Assembly (NCBI RefSeq): GCF_964204865.1
Contig: NC_135255.1
Location: forward strand, 12,648,001 to 12,712,000
Origin: Styela clava
Taxonomy: Eukaryota
Direction of reading: 5' to 3'
Length of the DNA stretch: 64,000 nt
Of the stretch, positions 51,101 to 63,660 are shown in pieces. Made by a program: the position numbers and the translations under genes. Position 1 is the stretch's first letter; each line of letters opens with the position of its first letter. The notes under the pieces are model-generated. The model made no database searches and was not told the origin of the DNA. It was given only the letters and a program-made list of their open reading frames with translations.

Positions 51101-52716
51101 ATTTAAAGCTCGGTGTCGTCTGGAGTCAACGCATTGTCAGCGTTGACAATGATGGATTTTATATCGCCATTCTTTCCCAACATGTCACCAAGAATCAAAG
51201 TTTGGTTGAGCAAGGGATTAAGTAAGATATTTTTTTAACATTGATTAATTAAACAACTGACGTACATTAATTAGCGACTAACTGTCTTTTAATTTCAATA
51301 ATTTTGACAATAAATATTTTGCAGAACAATAAAACCCATTCGATCAACCTATTACCAGTAACCATTAAAATATATCATAAACAAATTTTTTCAAATTTCT
51401 ATGAAAACTTGAATACCAGGCACTATTTTCAAATATCTAAATTTGGCCAAATATATTGTGTATTTTGTGTTTGTGTTAAACTATATACTAATAACCATTT
51501 CCTCTTGTCTATATATAATATTTACTTCGACATATTTTCTTATCTGTTTCAAAGCATTATGTTTTGGACTACTTGTCATGGCTCTGGCATACATAATATC
51601 TTTCTCCGACGCAAATATCATCGAAATAGTGGTTTCAATATCAGGCTTTATTGGAGGTCCAATGATCGGTATATTCACGATGGGACTGTTCTTTCCTTGG
51701 ATCAACTACTTGGTTAGATTTTTACAATTATTAGGGTTAAACAATAATTAATAAAAAGGTAGTTGTTTTCTTGATAGCAATGTTTAGGAACGATCGTGGC
51801 TTTCGAACTTTGAGCAACAGCGCAGAGAAATACACCCATATTTTTTCAGCATTTTTGGCTCAGTTCAATACAAGCAAATATGCAATCGGTCATGTATTTT
51901 GAAGTCTTTTCAATATAAATCTTACATGAGACAAAAGTTAAGCTTTTTCGTTTTTATATTTCTGTAGGGGGCACTTGTTGGATTGATATTAGGTTGGGCA
52001 GCAGCAACTTGGGTCGGGTTAACTGCAATGTACGTTACCCAATACGAAGGATCTAACAAACAGTTACCGATCTCGATAGACAACTGCACCGCGCTACCTA
52101 CATCAGCCACAGACATGAATATGACAACAACCTATATGACGCCGACCACAACGTCATTTGAGGGATCTGGATACAATTTCACAACTACTGAAAGGTTCAA
52201 TAGTTTTTCTCGCTTTGGCATGCTTTATAAAACGAGCCACATAGAGATAGATATATATATATATAATTTTCGTTTATTTTCAGTTATAATCCTCGCATCA
52301 ACACAACTTTCTACTCTATGTCACCGTTTCTTTACGGCGTTTGGGGTTTCTTAGTAACTGTCTTCTTTGGCCATGTTATTTCTCTTATTTCTGGTAAGTA
52401 TAATCACATTATGAATTTTTTTTTAACCAACCATCTTTTAACCAACACGAGATGTTACAATGGTTACTAATCTGATCGGTGAGGAGAGACCAATATATTC
52501 AATATGGTTAGCAGAAAGCTATTTATTAGCTATAGCGTCTGTTTGGGTAAAAAGGATCACAGTTTTCTTTGTTATTTTATAGGATTCAATAAGCCTTCAG
52601 AAGCAAACCCAGATTTGTTTATGCCATTCCTGCCGATAAAAGCTTTTCGTTTTGGTGTTCCGAAACGCAGTAAGAGGAAGATCGAAGTTGAAGAGGAGAA
52701 TGAGTCACCAATGTGA
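45186..52716 (+). CDS. SLC5 SMCT/NIS-like symporter, divergent paralog C; 13 coding exons with longer introns
   Basis: Exon 1 MDNSEDYFHPADFVIFG (45186-45237); further exons near 47328, 47790, 48155, 48359, 48821, 50074, 50694, 51109, 51555, 51968, 52284, 52582. Motifs [42 protein letters not shown]; stop at 52716. Confidence 0.9.
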
Positions 52717-53656
52717 ACAAAAATGCAAAAGACAATCCTCAGCCCGTTTGTAAATACTAGAAATGTGGAAAAGATCAAATCCTGACGAACGCTGATTTAT
52801 TGATACATATCATGGAAAATAAAATAAAACAACAAACTTCAGTCTGAATGTTAGCATTTTGAAAGTTTAGCATTCTGATTAAAACACGCGTTTTAGGTAA
52901 TAGACAAATGTTTACATTTTCTAGAAATATACCATTTTTTTTCTTAAATGTTTCATTTGATTTTCAACATACCTCCATTGTTTTTTTGATTTGTTTGTTA
53001 TAATCCATATACAGGAGCAAATGAAATAAATAATATGATGACCAAATAGCCCGTGAATTCATTTCAATAGATAAATATACAAAAATATGTCTTACATTTC
53101 GTGTTGTTCCCCAAAATGAATATTTAGTTTTGGGTTCAATTGACGTAGAATAGCGAATTTTTCGATTAGGCCTCTCGTTTTACGGAGCAAAAGAGACGGA
53201 TAAATGAGTTGCTAGAGGGCGTACACCGGACACACCGTTAAAAATAAATCTATAAACTGCTGTTTGAAACACTCAGTAAAATGTATAGTACTCAGCGAAC
53301 CTTGGATTTGGATTTTATGTCTATGTATATAAACTCATGCTATCATGTATCGCGACTGGAACTAAATCTTGTCTTGAATCTCAAATCACGGAAAATAGTT
53401 TGTATACTTCCAGCTTTTGTTTTGAATACGTGATTTCAACAACATTTCAGCGGTATTGGATATATACAGATTATTAGCTATAGAACTGGTACGAATTGTC
53501 TTTGCTGAAATGCGATACGTTAGTCTCGACAATGAAGCGATTTGTTAGTTAAACATTATCTAAAACGCTCTATGCTCTGTTGGTTTAACATCATTCGGTG
53601 TAGCATATTATGCTTTGTGTCATACTGGAGTATATGTTCACTGAATAACGGATACA

Positions 53657-55565
53657 ATGGCAGCGACTTCTTACAAATCTAGACATGCCAATAGTTTTCT
53701 TGTATCCGTCGAATCGCTAAGGAAGAATACAGTCATTTGTGACTTTAAAATTAAAGTAGGAGGGTGTATATTTCCCGTACACCGGACGGTACTGGCGGCG
53801 TGTTCAGAGTACTTCAAGGCAATGCTTTCACACGATATGAAAGAATCAAAAGAAGGAATCGTCGAACTGAAAGATGTAGACGAAAATGCTGTGGAAAAGG
53901 CAATCTATTTTATGTATAATGGCGAGGCAGAAGTGAAAATAGATGAAGTACAAAGTATTCTCCATGTGTCTCGTTTTATGCAACTAGAAATATTGAACGA
54001 AATCTGTCTCGATAGCATGAAAAATAACATATCAGTAGATACAGTATTTTGTATAAGAAGTATTGCTTGTCTATATTCCTTTGATGACCTAACTCAACGT
54101 TGTGAAACATTTATCGAAGTGAATTTTGAAGAAATTATTTTGACGGAGGATTTTGCTTCAATAACCAAGGCTGACATTTTAGATTTTTTGGGGAAATTAA
54201 ATGTCAGTCATGAGCTTCTTTGGCAGAGCGTTCTTTCATGGATAAAGTACAGTTCGAAAGCATCATCTCGCAGAGTTTCTACAACAATGTTTTAAACGAG
54301 ATGTTCCAAACACATTCATTTTGAAGGTTATGTGGACAAACAAAAATCTCCAGAAATCGAAACAGTGTAAAGAAATCCTTGAGAATAAGCTATTTTTGCA
54401 TCCACAAGACTTAAAATCATGGATTGATGTGGATAATGTATTCATCGTTTACAACCTGTCAAAAACTTGCAATCATGTGAATACATCTTCAATTAAAGGT
54501 GAGGTTCATATATTCATGAGGGAAAACTTTGAAAATATAACTGAAAATGAAGAATGGAATAAACTGGAAGTGGATGACGTATTGAGTATCCTAGGAGATC
54601 CTGAGGTCATTTGTACTTCCGAGAAGGTCAAGTGGGAAGCAGTTTTAAAGTGGGTGAAACATGAACATTCGAGAACAAATTTATTTCCTAATTTGTTCAA
54701 ACTTTTAGATCTAACATTATTTTCTGCTCAATTTATTCAAGAAATAATAAAACGTGACAAATTAGTTAAAGAATCGCCAGAATGCATCAAACTAATATCA
54801 GATGAAGGATTACAAAATAATGAGTCCAACAACAATTCAATGGGTAAAACTGATAAAAAAGATGAAAAATCATTTTCAAATGGCAGTACTTCTCGGGCCG
54901 CAGAAAATTTACAGACTCATAATATGCTTAAATTTTTTCAAAGCATAACTCTCCACCCAAAAAGAGAAGTAAGACAAAGCCGAAGTCAAATATCAAAACC
55001 AACGACCAATGACAAAATATCGATGGAAGTTTGTCCAATTCAATCGGGCGATCGATCTCGGAATGACGACTTTTCACTGGATCACCAAGCGACGTCCTGT
55101 AACGCATCAGCGGTTGAATCGAGTGAACATTGTAACAGTGAATCTTCTCATCCACATTGGCAGTGGCCTCCACCACATCACCCTCACGGTTTTCCACCAC
55201 ATCACCCCCCTCCGCATCATCGACATCCTCCTTCACCACATCACCCGCCTCCGCATCCTGGACATCCTCCTCCACCACATCACCCCCCTCCGCATCATCG
55301 ACATTCTCCTCCACCACATCACCCCCCTCCGCATCATCGACATCCTCCTCCACCACATCACCCCCCTCCGCATCATCGACATTCTCCTCCACCACATCAC
55401 CCCCCTCCTCATCATCGACATTCTCCTCCACCACATCACCCGCCTCCGCATCCTGGACATCCACACTTTCCTGGAAGAGGTTGGAGACGACATCACCACC
55501 ATCATCGTCCTGGTGGTTTTGGACCTCCCGGCCGCGGCCGCTGGAGGTTTCCCATGCGCGGGTAA
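53657..55565 (+). CDS. BTB-BACK-BACK protein (kelch-like family N-terminus) with a His/Pro-repeat C-terminus, split by a frameshift near 54250; possibly a pseudogene or broken allele
   Basis: ORF1: CDFKIKVGGCIFPVHRTVLAACSEYFKAM (BTB) plus BACK. ORF2: second BACK (SEKVKWEAVLKWVKHE) then the repeat. The ORF2 frame is open from 54246 and continues the BACK helix (VRKHHLAEFL). Confidence 0.8.
55194..55466 (+). repeat. Coding minisatellite, 7 x 39 bp (PPHHPPPHHRH[P/S]P)
   Basis: Unit ccaccacatcacccccctccgcatcatcgacat(c/t)ctcct; units 2 and 7 carry the HPGH variant. Confidence 0.95.
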
Positions 55566-55736
55566 GTCATAGGTTACATCACTTTTACACACCTTGTATT
55601 TCTATACAGCAATCAATATATTTAATTATATCAATTACTTATATCACAACAAACAAACATAGTGTGATGTAAATGATAATGTAAAATGAACAAAATGAAT
55701 GGGCTTTTATTTTAGCTGCCGTTTGTTCATCTAGGT

Positions 55737-55815
55737 CAGGGATGGCGAATCAGTAACCCGTGGATCACAAAGTGACTCACCCCGTTTTTTGGTGACCCGC
55801 CAAGTCACGAATTGT
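55737..55815. mobile_element. Single terminus of the CAGGGATGGCGAA hAT MITE family
   Basis: CAGGGATGGCGAATCAGTAACCCGTGGATCACAAAGTGAC matches the reverse complement of 58190-58231; the other end was not found. Confidence 0.6.
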
Positions 55816-57049
55816 AGAAAAGCATCACCAACATTTTACTGATGAAAATTGATAATGAAACCGACCTTACTTTATTCAACAACTAGTGAGCTACTATTAA
55901 AGTAGCCCTATACCGTTATTCATCTTATGGTATAGCAAATTCCGTACAATATTATTGATCCATTCATTTCTCACTACATCTGTTATTACGACCGTAGAAT
56001 ATTTTTGGGGTAGCTCTAGGCCTGAACTAGATACTACTATACATTTGGTTTATTTCCCATATACAATGCTGTTTAAAAAACAAAATTTTATACACATATT
56101 TTAACGACTACAGAAATAATATTCCTATTTATTTCTAATACGTGTGTGTATACACAAAGCAGGCTATGTCGAGTGAGTAACAGAGCAAAAAATTCGATAT
56201 CTCGTATATTTCCAATGGAACTTTATATTTTGTTGCAGGCGACGAACACCTCCGACAAGAGAGGAGTGGAATGATTATGTTGAAGTAATGGAACGTACTT
56301 TGTTCGATGACGCTACTGAAGAACATTGACTACTTTGAACATTGACTACAAAAAAATGAGTTTGGTTGTATGCTCACTGCCATCTAAGGACGCCAGATAA
56401 TGATTGATTTGGCGAAAAATAAACGATTTGAATGGGGATGGGTGGAAGTGTCATTTTTTCGAAAAAATTAAGTACTTGGACAGCAACAGACTCTAGTGTT
56501 AACATTCATTACCTAATACATAACAGGGCAGCCCAATAGTGATAATCTTAGTCCGGCAGAGTCAGGGACGAATCTCGTTCTGGGACATAAAGTTTATTTT
56601 ATTGTTTAGATATAATCTTGATCACATAAATAATGATGACGGCGGGTGCTGTGGATCTTATACTGTTGAGCATTTTTTCTATATACGTTTTCATTTGCAT
56701 ACGTATGCAAAATATCAACCCAAAATCTGTTTTTTTTTTCATATTATTCACTTTATTTCTGTTTATATAAACAAATATTTCAGAACTACATGGCTTATTT
56801 CTGAATATATAATTACATTGAATCTTTTTGTAATGTCAGAAATTTAGTTTTAGCATCACGAATGATAGTTTATTTCACTTATATAAGGCAAGATCCGTAT
56901 TCTGTCGCATTTCATATGTTTTCCCCGAGTATGTTATTTTTCATACATGAAGCTTCAGTGCTGGGAAAATATTTTATTAGTTAAAATATATTGAGCGATT
57001 CGGCCTTTACATGTCAAGGAACAGTTATGGAAATGAGCAATTTCTGTTC

Positions 57050-58640
57050 TACTTACATCTACTAACCACAAGTAATGTAATTTATATAAAGCAAATACTT
57101 CAAACGGAGCACTCTTCTAAATTTCCAATTAGAAGTGCGCCCAGGAATCTTTCCGGTTCTACATTGCCTACACAGTTTATTATATCTTTGTGTTGGTGGA
57201 GGATATGTGAATCCGATATGTGCACCTGCAATGCCAGAATAGTTGAGTCAAACACTTAGATAACTAGGACATCACACATTTTCTCCGAATGCTTCGGTTG
57301 TACGTAGTAACGCTCAGTTTCATACTCATCAAGTTTTACGTGTTTATGAACCTATAGGACAGGGATGGCGAACCTTTTTCAATGAATGGGTCAAAAAATA
57401 TATTTTTATCGCGGAACAGAATAAAGTGGGTCACAGATATATAATCAATGTTTATATCTATAGGAAACTTACGAAACAAATCTTATCTTCTCTTGGTGTA
57501 GTTTTGGGATTTATTTATGCAGCACTTCTATCAGGGACTTTTTATGGCTCTCGATTTTATGAAATTAGAGTGCGAAAACACGCATATGAGTTAACGAAAA
57601 CGTTTAGGATGATGCGGCAAATTATTTTACGGTTCCTAAGGGTTTGGAGAAAATTCCATTCTGATAGTGTTATATTTTTCGATCAGCTTTCAACCACATT
57701 AGGGCATTTTGTACCGCCCCGTTGTTATTTCAGATTTCTAGGTTTTTATTTCAAGTCTGAAAGATTTTGTTTTCGCAACCGCATTGTAGGCGAGAAACTA
57801 ATAAACTGCAAAGTAGCATCTGGTTCTCGTATAACCCCTAAAACAGTCTGCAAATGGACCTCCGAAAGAGACGAGATGTTGCGAGAAATAAACAGATCAA
57901 TTGCATTGTTATGTCATAAACGACCTCAGAGCCAATAGCTGAACAACGTTACACAGCGATGCAGAGTGCAGACACGGCATCCAGATTAGGAGTTTTCAAA
58001 ATTACCATACCGGCCCGAAATTAACAATTTGAGTATGAGCGATCGCAGCCCTGGCTACCAAACTGACGGTACATTGTAATAGTTCAGTTATTGTTAGATT
58101 AATTTAAGGCCGGTTTGATCAATTTTTATCACTGTTATATTAGCATTTTATTTTATTCGTGCCTTGGCGGGTCACGAATAAAACGCGGTGGGTCACTTCG
58201 TGACCCGCGGGTCAGTGGTTCGCCATCCCTGCTGTAGGATTTCTGCCGAGTTTCTGATGACATTCATCCCATAGGATGTGTTTGTTGTTCTGAAGAATAA
58301 AAGTTTCTGCTCATTTTACAATATGTGCCACAATATGTGGCCACAGTCTCACATTCACTCAAGCCATGTATTGGAAGTACGTTTGGTAATATTGCTTGGT
58401 GGTTTTCGATTGATTTGAAAATATTCATCATTTGCCATTCTAGAATCGGGGATGCCAATAAATCTTAACATTAGATTGCAAAAATGAAGAAGCATTACGA
58501 AAATATCGGTATCATCTGCATTAAAAACAGCAGTACCCACTGGAATGACAGCGAAGGGATGGATAATCATATAATCTGCTCCATCACGTGCCGTTTCTAT
58601 ATCTGATCTGTCTCTTACCATTTTACATGAGTACTAATTG
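57050..58640 (-). mobile_element. Decayed transposase gene with an XPG/FEN1-like nuclease domain (Academ-like), interrupted by a hAT MITE
   Basis: Broken frames give ADYMIIH..NADDTDIFVMLLH and VLPIHGLSECETV, and beyond the MITE LLRTTEAFGENV. These resemble the DTD / HALSGCDT / LPPT motifs of XPG-domain transposases. Confidence 0.55.
57360..58231. mobile_element. hAT-family non-autonomous element, 872 bp
   Basis: TIR CAGGGATGGCGAACC / GGTTCGCCATCCCTG; TSD CTATAGGA / CTGTAGGA (7/8 match); subterminal GGGTCAC motifs. Confidence 0.9.
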
Positions 58641-60414
58641 GTATCAAAGCTCAGCCAGAGATAAAAAGTTTGCTACTGCGGTTGGTGTGACGAACTGTTT
58701 GTAAGTATATTTTCTACAACAAGATAAATAATTGCATATCACTGAAAGTTGAACTTTGTATGACTGTCTAGGGGGATCGGGCTAATTGTGTGTTGTTTTT
58801 CAAAAAAATAGCAACAAAATCCGGATGTGCAATTCCTGTACTGAAATCAGATAGTAGGGCGCTTAAATAGCATAGTTTTACGATTGATGGACTGTAAAGA
58901 AAACAGGTATCACCCTTTCCACACAGGGTAGGTGGGAATACGCAATATTTTTTCCATTCAACATTTTCAAAACCTCCCCAATATCCACAATCACAGACTC
59001 GGACACTAAAGTTCCAAAACAAGCACATATATTACTTTACAGATGCATATCGCCAAGTCTTAAGTAGACATTGCTGAATTGATCGTTGTTTTACCATTTT
59101 ACATGTGATACTTTCGATAAACCTGTTATCTATCGTAAATACAACAAATATTGACTATGTTGTATTGAAACTAATTTGGCCTCTCCTTTTTGACATGATT
59201 GTAGCTGGATCTGTTGGGGCTCTGTCCAAGAAATTTGCATACAGAATATTGAATATAAGTTGCAAGAATGATCATGTTGTTGGAATAACTTCGATTTTTT
59301 TCCCACCCATATATCCTCCATTTCCGAGAACAATAAAAAAATCAAGTATGCACCCCGTTCTCGTGAATTTAGAAGAGCACGGCCGCCTCTTTACTTATAT
59401 TTTTAAAATTTTAATTCCGGCTGCGTGTGCAGCTGCCAGAATGCAACGTTTTGGCGTAGTTTCGCGGCGATGCAAGGGGTATTTCAATAAAAAATACAGA
59501 AAAAAAATGATTTAAAACAAGCCCTTGTTTTAAAACACGATGAATTGATTGATAATTGAATAGAATTGATAAGAAACGAAACCCTATGCTTGAGTTAGTC
59601 GTTTTCATTGATGGAAAGGTTCCCTGTGTCACATGAGCGCTCCGGTGCATCTGATCTTACATTTATCAATATTAATGAATGACACAACAGAGGAGTCTTC
59701 AATCGAGTTCAGCAATATACTATATGTCTCCCATACGGGTCGGTACATTACGAGTCTACGACTCGAAAAATCACTCGAAATTTTCAGAGCCAGCGAAATG
59801 CAAAAATATTGAATTGAAATTAGCTAACGACATATAGATTATAGAAATGTCAGACCAGGCAGCTACTTCGTGAACTTTCCGCGATATAACTTTCCAAGGG
59901 CTTGCTTTTAGTGAACACGCAATCTTTATCTCTCGACTGAACGATGTATTGCGAGAAAATTGTTACGATTGAAGCCATACCAAATGCTGCAAGTTTGCTT
60001 GCGCAATTTGCTTCTATAAAACCCAATGGACAGTGTTTTTGTTTGATTACCGATCCATCGGTAGCTATTCAAAGGCAATTCAGTCGGTAATGGTATTGCG
60101 ACAAGTCAAATGTACACTGCAACAACAGAATACAGCAAGATCAAATGAACTCAAAGTATCGTTACAAACAATTTTAGACGCGCGTCCATCCGTTTCCGTA
60201 ACTCAGCTATAATTGATTGCTGACCATATTCTAGCGTTACTATGCTCAACACTTTATACGCAGCATTTTATAAGAATATAGCAGTAAACGGATTTGATAA
60301 AGTTGCGAATCGTTTGGGACCAGTGGCAAAATTCAGCAAGTTCGCGCAAACCCGTTCTTAGAACGATCTGATATTAGCGAACCGGTTCCTTGTTTATTGC
60401 TTTGTGCGTTAGAA

Positions 60415-61668
60415 CAGTGGTTCCCAACCGTCGGACCGCGGACCGGTGCCGGTCCGCAAAACTTTTTTGCCGGTCCGCGAGGAATTTGGTTGTTTTGTCG
60501 TTTTCATGCCGTCTTAATCGCTTTACAGAAGACGGAGATTGCGTTGGTATATTACTCAATTTCTCTTCCGCCGTCATATTGCGACATATTGGCGAAGTCT
60601 TTCGCAACATCTTGGCGCCGTCACACTTTTCTCTTTTTCAGCTACAATTCATCGCGAATGCGCTCCATCAAATCTCGCAAGATTCACAAACGGCACGCGT
60701 GCTTTTTCTGGTCTGCGCACTTTTCCTGATTAATATGACCATCCATATAAAACGTTATGCATATTTCTTCGTTTAACAGAAAACATTCAAGAACTGTATA
60801 ATATATCAGTAAGATATGAACTTGTTGCAGGTGGTCACGAAACGCGCAAAAAAGCATGGGCCGCAGAGATCTTTTCCGGTATTTTGAGCAGACACCGTAG
60901 GATTTTGAGCCTGGTGCCAAGTTACCGACGACTTTGTTATTATAAGGTAAATTCATATTGTTTGAGGCGTCGATCACCTGCAGAGGGATTAATATGATGG
61001 ACCCGATAAAAAAGAAAAAGCTTGATTAAAATTGCGATTCTACTTTACAGTCCAGATTTGAAGAAGAATCACTGTCACAATTTTGGATATCTCTTGATAG
61101 CAAATACCCATCGCTAAGTAATCGAGCAATCAAACTGTTGTCCGTATTTTCAAGCAGTTACTGCGTTATGCGAAAAAACATTTTCATCAGTAGCTTCATT
61201 CAAACGAAGCAAAGAAATTGGCTGCACGCCGATGCAGAGCTCCGGGTTGCTGAAACTTCTTTGAGGCCTTGTTTGCAATCTTATATTAGAAACGGAACAG
61301 CAGCAAAATTCTCACCAGAGTTAATTTTGTTTGTAAATGATTTTGCAAGTACTTGTATTTTCTATGTGAGATGTTTTATGCGTGCCCTTCTTACGCATGG
61401 GTGCCCAGCACTGCATTCCTTCACGCAAATATATGGTATTATTTTATGATTCACCCATTTCAATTTTTGGCCGGCACATTATTTGATAGTTTTTCGTCGT
61501 TTGAAATGTTTTATTAAGGGTGCCTTTTTTGTCTAGAAGTATATTGATTGCCCGACATTGCATTATATTACGCAAATATATGTTATTCTTTTCAATTTTC
61601 TGCCGATTCGCGACTACATTTAATTTAGTTTTACCGGTCTGCCAGGGTAGAAAGGTTGGGAACCACTG
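60415..61668 (+). mobile_element. Internally deleted hAT (Buster/Charlie-type) transposon, 1254 bp
   Basis: TIR CAGTGGTTCCCAACC / GGTTGGGAACCACTG; TSD CGTTAGAA / CGTTCGAA. A C-terminal dimerisation-domain relic at ~61060-61290 reads FWISLDSKYPSLSNRAIKLLSVFSSSY..IQTKQRNWLHADAELRVA. Confidence 0.9.
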
Positions 61669-62299
61669 CGTTCGAAGACCGCAGCAAACTAAGGTAATGT
61701 TCACAATAGCTGACGGAGAGCGTTATATTTGGCATTTCGAAAGTTGTGTTTCGGATTTATGTAAGACATGCCATGCTGGCACCGGTAGAACCTCATTTCA
61801 AAACAGGTACACACATCGCATTAAAGTTTGCAAAAAAAAAAATTACTCGAAATTTCTGTCTTATAATAAGTGTAGCATGGAAAAGTTCAAGAACCACCGC
61901 TCTATTCACTAAGACAGATTTACAAGCCTGATTCAAAACTCTCGCGCAATTCTGTGGTATATGTAGATAGAAGGCCAATTGCAATTTTCTAGTTTTGTCG
62001 TCTTATCCGTTTTCCATTCTCCCCGGGAAATTTAGTATTTCAACCAGATTACCAAATTTGATGTATCATAAACTAGTTTAGCTGTAAACAAACTTCAACA
62101 TTTGCAAATATTTATCAGACTCTGACTACAACAGGAACTACACCGTCTTTTGGACAACATTCACGCATAAGAATACAACCTAACACGAAATAACATTCCA
62201 CAGCTAAGTTCAATATTGAATACATAATACCGCTGGGACACAGAGCATATATCCTATTTCGAAGATAGGCCAATTACGTTGATGCGTTGTTAAAATCTA

Positions 62300-62319
62300 T
62301 AAAAGGGTGGGAACCACTG
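62300..62319. repeat. Orphan hAT right terminus
   Basis: AAAAGGGTGGGAACCACTG, similar to the TIR ending at 61668; no partner found. Confidence 0.45.
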
Positions 62320-63660
62320 CTCTAGGGGATTCGTTTTTTGTTTTGTGTGATAACGTCATCTAAACTTGCGCATCTTGTGATAGTTCAGCGTTCGCGTTAT
62401 ATCTCGTCCTGAACGTATGAATGACTAATGAAAACCGTCAAACATGATATCACGACTTTCCGTAACATTTTAACACCAGATGGTATAGTTGTGCATTATT
62501 TTGTGATCAAGCTATCTTAATTACAAGGATACTTACGAGAGATAAAAGAAAGGATGCCAAAGAAAAAAGCCCGAGGACGTAAGATCATTGAGGAATGAAT
62601 GCGTCGGTATTATTTCACCGCATTTCACAGATTGACCGGTAATCAATTAGAAGTAGCACAAGGTTATATAATTAAGAGTATAAGAAAAATTACAGTAAGA
62701 ATACTATTTTAAATAAAGCTTAAGTCACGGTTAAATTTTATGTGCTATGAATAATAAAACATACATGTACAATCATGGCCATCTGCATTTGTGACGATTG
62801 GTACTGGCTACAAAACTGACAATTGACTATTAACCAATTTCACAGCTCGATTCCGATATACCGACTTCAGGTTGCGTAACAGAAAATCTGCAAAACGTCT
62901 CAAAGAATATTTTTGTAACAAATCTAAATTGTTTGCATTCATAGTTGGATTCGATTTACTTGGTAATTTTATACATAAGTAATAGTATAACTTTGCAACA
63001 AAAATTGACATATATATGTTGATTTCCCGCAATGTCTAATATTTCAAATCCATTTTAAGTTTCGGAAAAATAGGGCTTTATAGTTCCCCCGTTATGTGCG
63101 TGGCGAAAACCGGAAAACCACCCCTGAGGGTTCGAGTCGTTAAACAAGGGCAGACGTACACAACGCTTTTTAATGATTGGGAGTGTAGGTGATACAATAT
63201 AATATCACCATACATTATGCAACTTAATCAATAGTAGTAATGTGAAACTTCAAAATATTATTAAAAAAACAAGAATGCATAATGCAGAACAACAAGCACA
63301 CATATTGACAAAAGCACTTTAAGCGTTTCTACTAAAACGAGATTTTGGACAACTTTCCACTGATTGCTCATTGAATAATGCATGTCAAAGACAGACCATA
63401 ACGTACTTATGACCGTTACTCCGATAGTAGACCATGCTTGCCCGTGCTAAATGAAATTATTAAGAATTCTGCAAATAGCAATCTTTTATGAAATATGTAA
63501 CAACGGTTTTCGGGGTGCTTTGAGGTGACACTCTTGACTTCATCTCTGAATTATTGAAATGACAATTTCAAATACTAAAAGTTGATGCGAGTGTTATATA
63601 GCATATGAGTTATAGGACAGAAAATATGCGCTTTTTTCAGCCAAGTAAAGCACGATTTAA

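Noticed and set aside
55194-55466. Regularly spaced repeats, superficially CRISPR-like
   Set aside because: Head-to-tail units with no unique spacers, no cas genes, and a eukaryotic coding context.
54928-55672. Four additional overlapping ORFs (119-187 aa) on both strands over the His/Pro repeat
   Set aside because: By-products of a 39-bp repeat unit that lacks stops in those frames; only the His/Pro frame is continuous with the BACK domain.
57426-57938. 170-aa ORF
   Set aside because: Lies wholly inside a non-autonomous hAT element, starts at GTG, and has no recognisable motifs.
60374-60977. Cluster of overlapping 64-128 aa ORFs
   Set aside because: GC-richer subterminal region of the hAT element; chance ORFs.
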